From: an uncultured Syntrophomonas sp.
Lineage (GTDB): Bacteria > Bacillota > Syntrophomonadia > Syntrophomonadales > Syntrophomonadaceae
NCBI GenBank assembly: GCA_964640845.1
Contig: CAZXIR010000001.1
Coordinates: 1 to 48,960, forward strand
DNA: 48,960 nt
Direction: 5' to 3'
The notes beneath the pieces are model-generated. The model made no database searches and was not told the origin of the DNA. It was given only the letters and a program-made list of their open reading frames with translations. The position numbers were made by a program, and so were the translations under genes. Shown in pieces: positions 46,776 through 48,960 of this stretch; the stretch's first letter is position 1; every line of letters starts with the position of its first letter.

Positions 46776-47546
46776 TTATTTCATGGGTAAACGGAGCCCC
46801 TCATCAAGCCTGATAGTTTCACCATTCAAATACGGATTCTCGATAATGTGTTCTACCAGGAACCCAAATTCATCAGGTTTTCCCATGCGGGAAGGGAATG
46901 GAATGCCCTTGCATATTTCGACCTTCATGTGATCTGGCACCCCGCTCAGGATGGAAGTGTCAAAAAGCCCCGGGGCAATCGCGCAGCACCGAATGCCATC
47001 ACCGCTTAGATCTCTGGCAATAACCAGGGTCATTCCGACTACAGCTGCTTTACTGGCTGAATAGGCCGCCTGGCCCACTTGCCCATCATAGGCTGCTCCC
47101 GAAGAACAGTTTACGATGACTCCTTTTTCACCGTTCTCATTTGGTTGGTTCTTGAGCATATAGAAAGCGCACTGCCTGATAGTGTCAAAGTTGCCGATTA
47201 AATTGATATCAATGGTTCTTTTAAAAGCATCCAATTTGAATGGCCCTTTTTTTGTAGCAGTTTTGGATCCACTCCCAATCCCAGCGATAGGACAGCAAAT
47301 ATCTATCCGGTCCCATTTATCCATAACTCCGTCTACAGCTGCCTGAACCTCTTCGGGAACTGCTACATTGGCATTAAAGAAAACAACCTTATCGCTGCCT
47401 AATTCTTCAACCAAAGCCTTTCCGCCAGCCTCATTCATGTCCAGTATGGCTACCCTGGCCCCTTTACTCACCAGCCTGCGTACGGTCGCTTCACCCAGAC
47501 CGGAAGCTCCGCCTGTAACCACCGCCACTCTATCCTTTATGTCCAT
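46776..47546 (-). CDS. SDR, 3-hydroxyacyl-CoA dehydrogenase type-2 (HSD10)-like
   Basis: 256 aa. VTGGASGLGEAT, YSASKAAVVGMT. GGGAGGTG RBS. First gene after the sigma-54 promoter. Confidence 0.85.
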   Translation of the reverse strand: MDIKDRVAVVTGGASGLGEATVRRLVSKGARVAILDMNEAGGKALVEELGSDKVVFFNANVAVPEEVQAAVDGVMDKWDRIDICCPIAGIGSGSKTATKKGPFKLDAFKRTIDINLIGNFDTIRQCAFYMLKNQPNENGEKGVIVNCSSGAAYDGQVGQAAYSASKAAVVGMTLVIARDLSGDGIRCCAIAPGLFDTSILSGVPDHMKVEICKGIPFPSRMGKPDEFGFLVEHIIENPYLNGETIRLDEGLRLPMK

Positions 47547-47671
47547 ACATCCACACCTCCCTTTAATACAACAGCAAATTCAAAATACCATTTTCCGTCC
47601 AAACCGCCCCCTCCAAAAGCAATGAATCAATTTTCCAATTTTCCCTCCTTTCTCCATCATTACTTTATAAA

Positions 47672-47687
47672 TGCAATACCGGTGCCA
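47672..47687 (-). promoter_or_regulatory. Sigma-54 (-24/-12) promoter
   Basis: Minus strand reads TGGCAC-CGGTA-TTGCA, an exact match to the TGGCAC-N5-TTGCA consensus. It lies about 125 nt upstream of the SDR start codon at 47546, and a sigma-54 activator gene is divergently adjacent. Confidence 0.85.
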
Positions 47688-47910
47688 GCTTATGCCCGTT
47701 CCCTTTTATTCTAGGATTGATCATGAAATGCAGTCCGTCTTACAGTCAAACAAATTTAGACAGTACGGTATTTTAACTAGCCTATAGATAATAAAATTAA
47801 TAATCTTTTGATTTAATCACCTAACTTGTTGAACTAATAATTGTTTTAAATTGCTTTAAATTGTTATAATATATTTAAATAACTGAACAATTTAAGACAG
47901 GAAGCAGTGG

Positions 47911-48960
47911 ATGCTAATGGTTGATAACAAGTTAGCCGACTTAACAAACGATGATTTACTAGAAATTTTGAGCAGCCTTTCTGATGCTGTTGCGCTAAGC
48001 AATGAGTATGGACGTGTCATTTGGTTAAATAAAAGTCTTTGTGATTTATTGAATATCTCTCAGGAAGAATGGATGGGCAAAACAACCCGCGATCTCATAA
48101 ATGAAGGCCATATCACTCGATCATTAGCCAAAATAAAAACTAACGGAGTATCGACGGGATTTATCCTCACCAAGGATGGGAAAGAATTTATGAGTTCCGT
48201 CCGCCCCATATTTGATAAAGAGCACAAAATAAGGTTTTATTTATCTACTTCAATGGTTTTAGAGGAACTCAACAATCTCAAATTTCAACTGGATAAGTTA
48301 AGACGGCAAAACAATAGATATCATAGTGAGATTCAGTGTTTAAGAGAGCTTCTTTTTTTGGATAATGATATGGTCTTTGAAAGCGCTGAAATGAGGTCGT
48401 TGGTAAATTACGTAATTAAGGTTGCCGCTTTCGACACTACGGTTCTCATAACAGGAGAGTCTGGTGTTGGTAAAGAGGTGCTGGCTAAAACCATCCACCT
48501 AAATAGTCGTAGAAAGAATGGTCCTTTCATTCCTGTAGTAATACCGTCAATTCCTTCAAATCTATTGGAAACTGAGTTGTTCGGATATACAGAAGGAGCC
48601 TTTACAGGCGCGGTCCGCGGCGGAAAAGTAGGATTAATTGAGATTTCCCAGGGAGGTACTTTGTTCCTGGATGAGATCGGGGACTGTCCTAATGATATCC
48701 AGGTTAAAATTCTTCGCACTCTTGAAACCAATGAGATTAGAAGAGTGGGCGGAACAAAGAACATTAAGCTGGATTTAAGAATAGTTGCTGCAACCAATAA
48801 AAATCTTCCTCAAATGATTGATAAAGGACTTTTTCGAGAGGACTTATTTTATAGGTTAAATGTATTACCTCTCCATATAAAGCCGTTGAGAGAACGACCC
48901 AAAGATATTGAGCCGCTGTGCCAATTCTTTATCGAGAAATTAAACAACAAATACAATCTT
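47911..48960 (+). CDS. PAS-domain sigma-54-dependent transcriptional activator (partial, runs off the window end; absent from the ORF track)
   Basis: My own translation from ATG 47911: MLMVDNKLADLTNDDLLEILSSLSDAVALSN... (PAS-like), then GESGVGKEV Walker A, GAFTGA, TLFLDEIGD Walker B and RIVAATNKNL. 350 codons open to the end of the window. Confidence 0.85.
   Translation, partial: MLMVDNKLADLTNDDLLEILSSLSDAVALSNEYGRVIWLNKSLCDLLNISQEEWMGKTTRDLINEGHITRSLAKIKTNGVSTGFILTKDGKEFMSSVRPIFDKEHKIRFYLSTSMVLEELNNLKFQLDKLRRQNNRYHSEIQCLRELLFLDNDMVFESAEMRSLVNYVIKVAAFDTTVLITGESGVGKEVLAKTIHLNSRRKNGPFIPVVIPSIPSNLLETELFGYTEGAFTGAVRGGKVGLIEISQGGTLFLDEIGDCPNDIQVKILRTLETNEIRRVGGTKNIKLDLRIVAATNKNLPQMIDKGLFREDLFYRLNVLPLHIKPLRERPKDIEPLCQFFIEKLNNKYNL

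Overview
This window looks like chromosomal DNA from an anaerobic, moderately AT-rich Firmicute. The gene content resembles Peptococcaceae/Desulfitobacteriaceae, but that taxon call is inference only. I found no rRNA, tRNA, CRISPR array, transposase or phage genes by eye.

Layout:
- (1) 0.1-10.4 kb holds mostly housekeeping genes: a SatP-like transporter, an SDR, a HAD hydrolase, methionine aminopeptidase, hemolysin-III, DUF1836, Tex, dCMP deaminase and a DUF362-ferredoxin protein. They are separated by unusually long GC-rich palindromic hairpins.
- (2) 10.5-26.0 kb is an accessory redox island. It carries two PucR-type regulators plus a PucR gene fragment, two paralogous AcoR-like sigma-54 activators, and three paralogous non-canonical FAD flavoproteins. 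One flavoprotein is a Tat-exported lipoprotein, one has no signal peptide and one is 5'-truncated. The island also has a membrane-anchored pentaheme cytochrome c, system II cytochrome-c maturation genes (resB/ccsA) and a tatA gene missing from the ORF track. I read this as a Cgr1/Cgr2-like extracytoplasmic organic-substrate reductase of unknown specificity, with clear rearrangement scars.
- (3) 26.1-29.0 kb is a TRAP transporter (DctPQM). It is preceded by two tandem copies of a conserved terminator-containing leader RNA that matches no riboswitch class I recognise.
- (4) 30.2-40.0 kb is an 11-gene nuoABCDHIJKLMN operon lacking nuoEFG. NuoI carries a long Lys/Glu-rich tail.
- (5) 40.3-47.5 kb is a seven-gene CoA-dependent beta-oxidation-like operon with bbs-like gene content. 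A textbook sigma-54 promoter drives it, and a divergent PAS-sigma-54 activator runs off the window end.

All functional calls come from motif recognition in the supplied translations. No database search was run.
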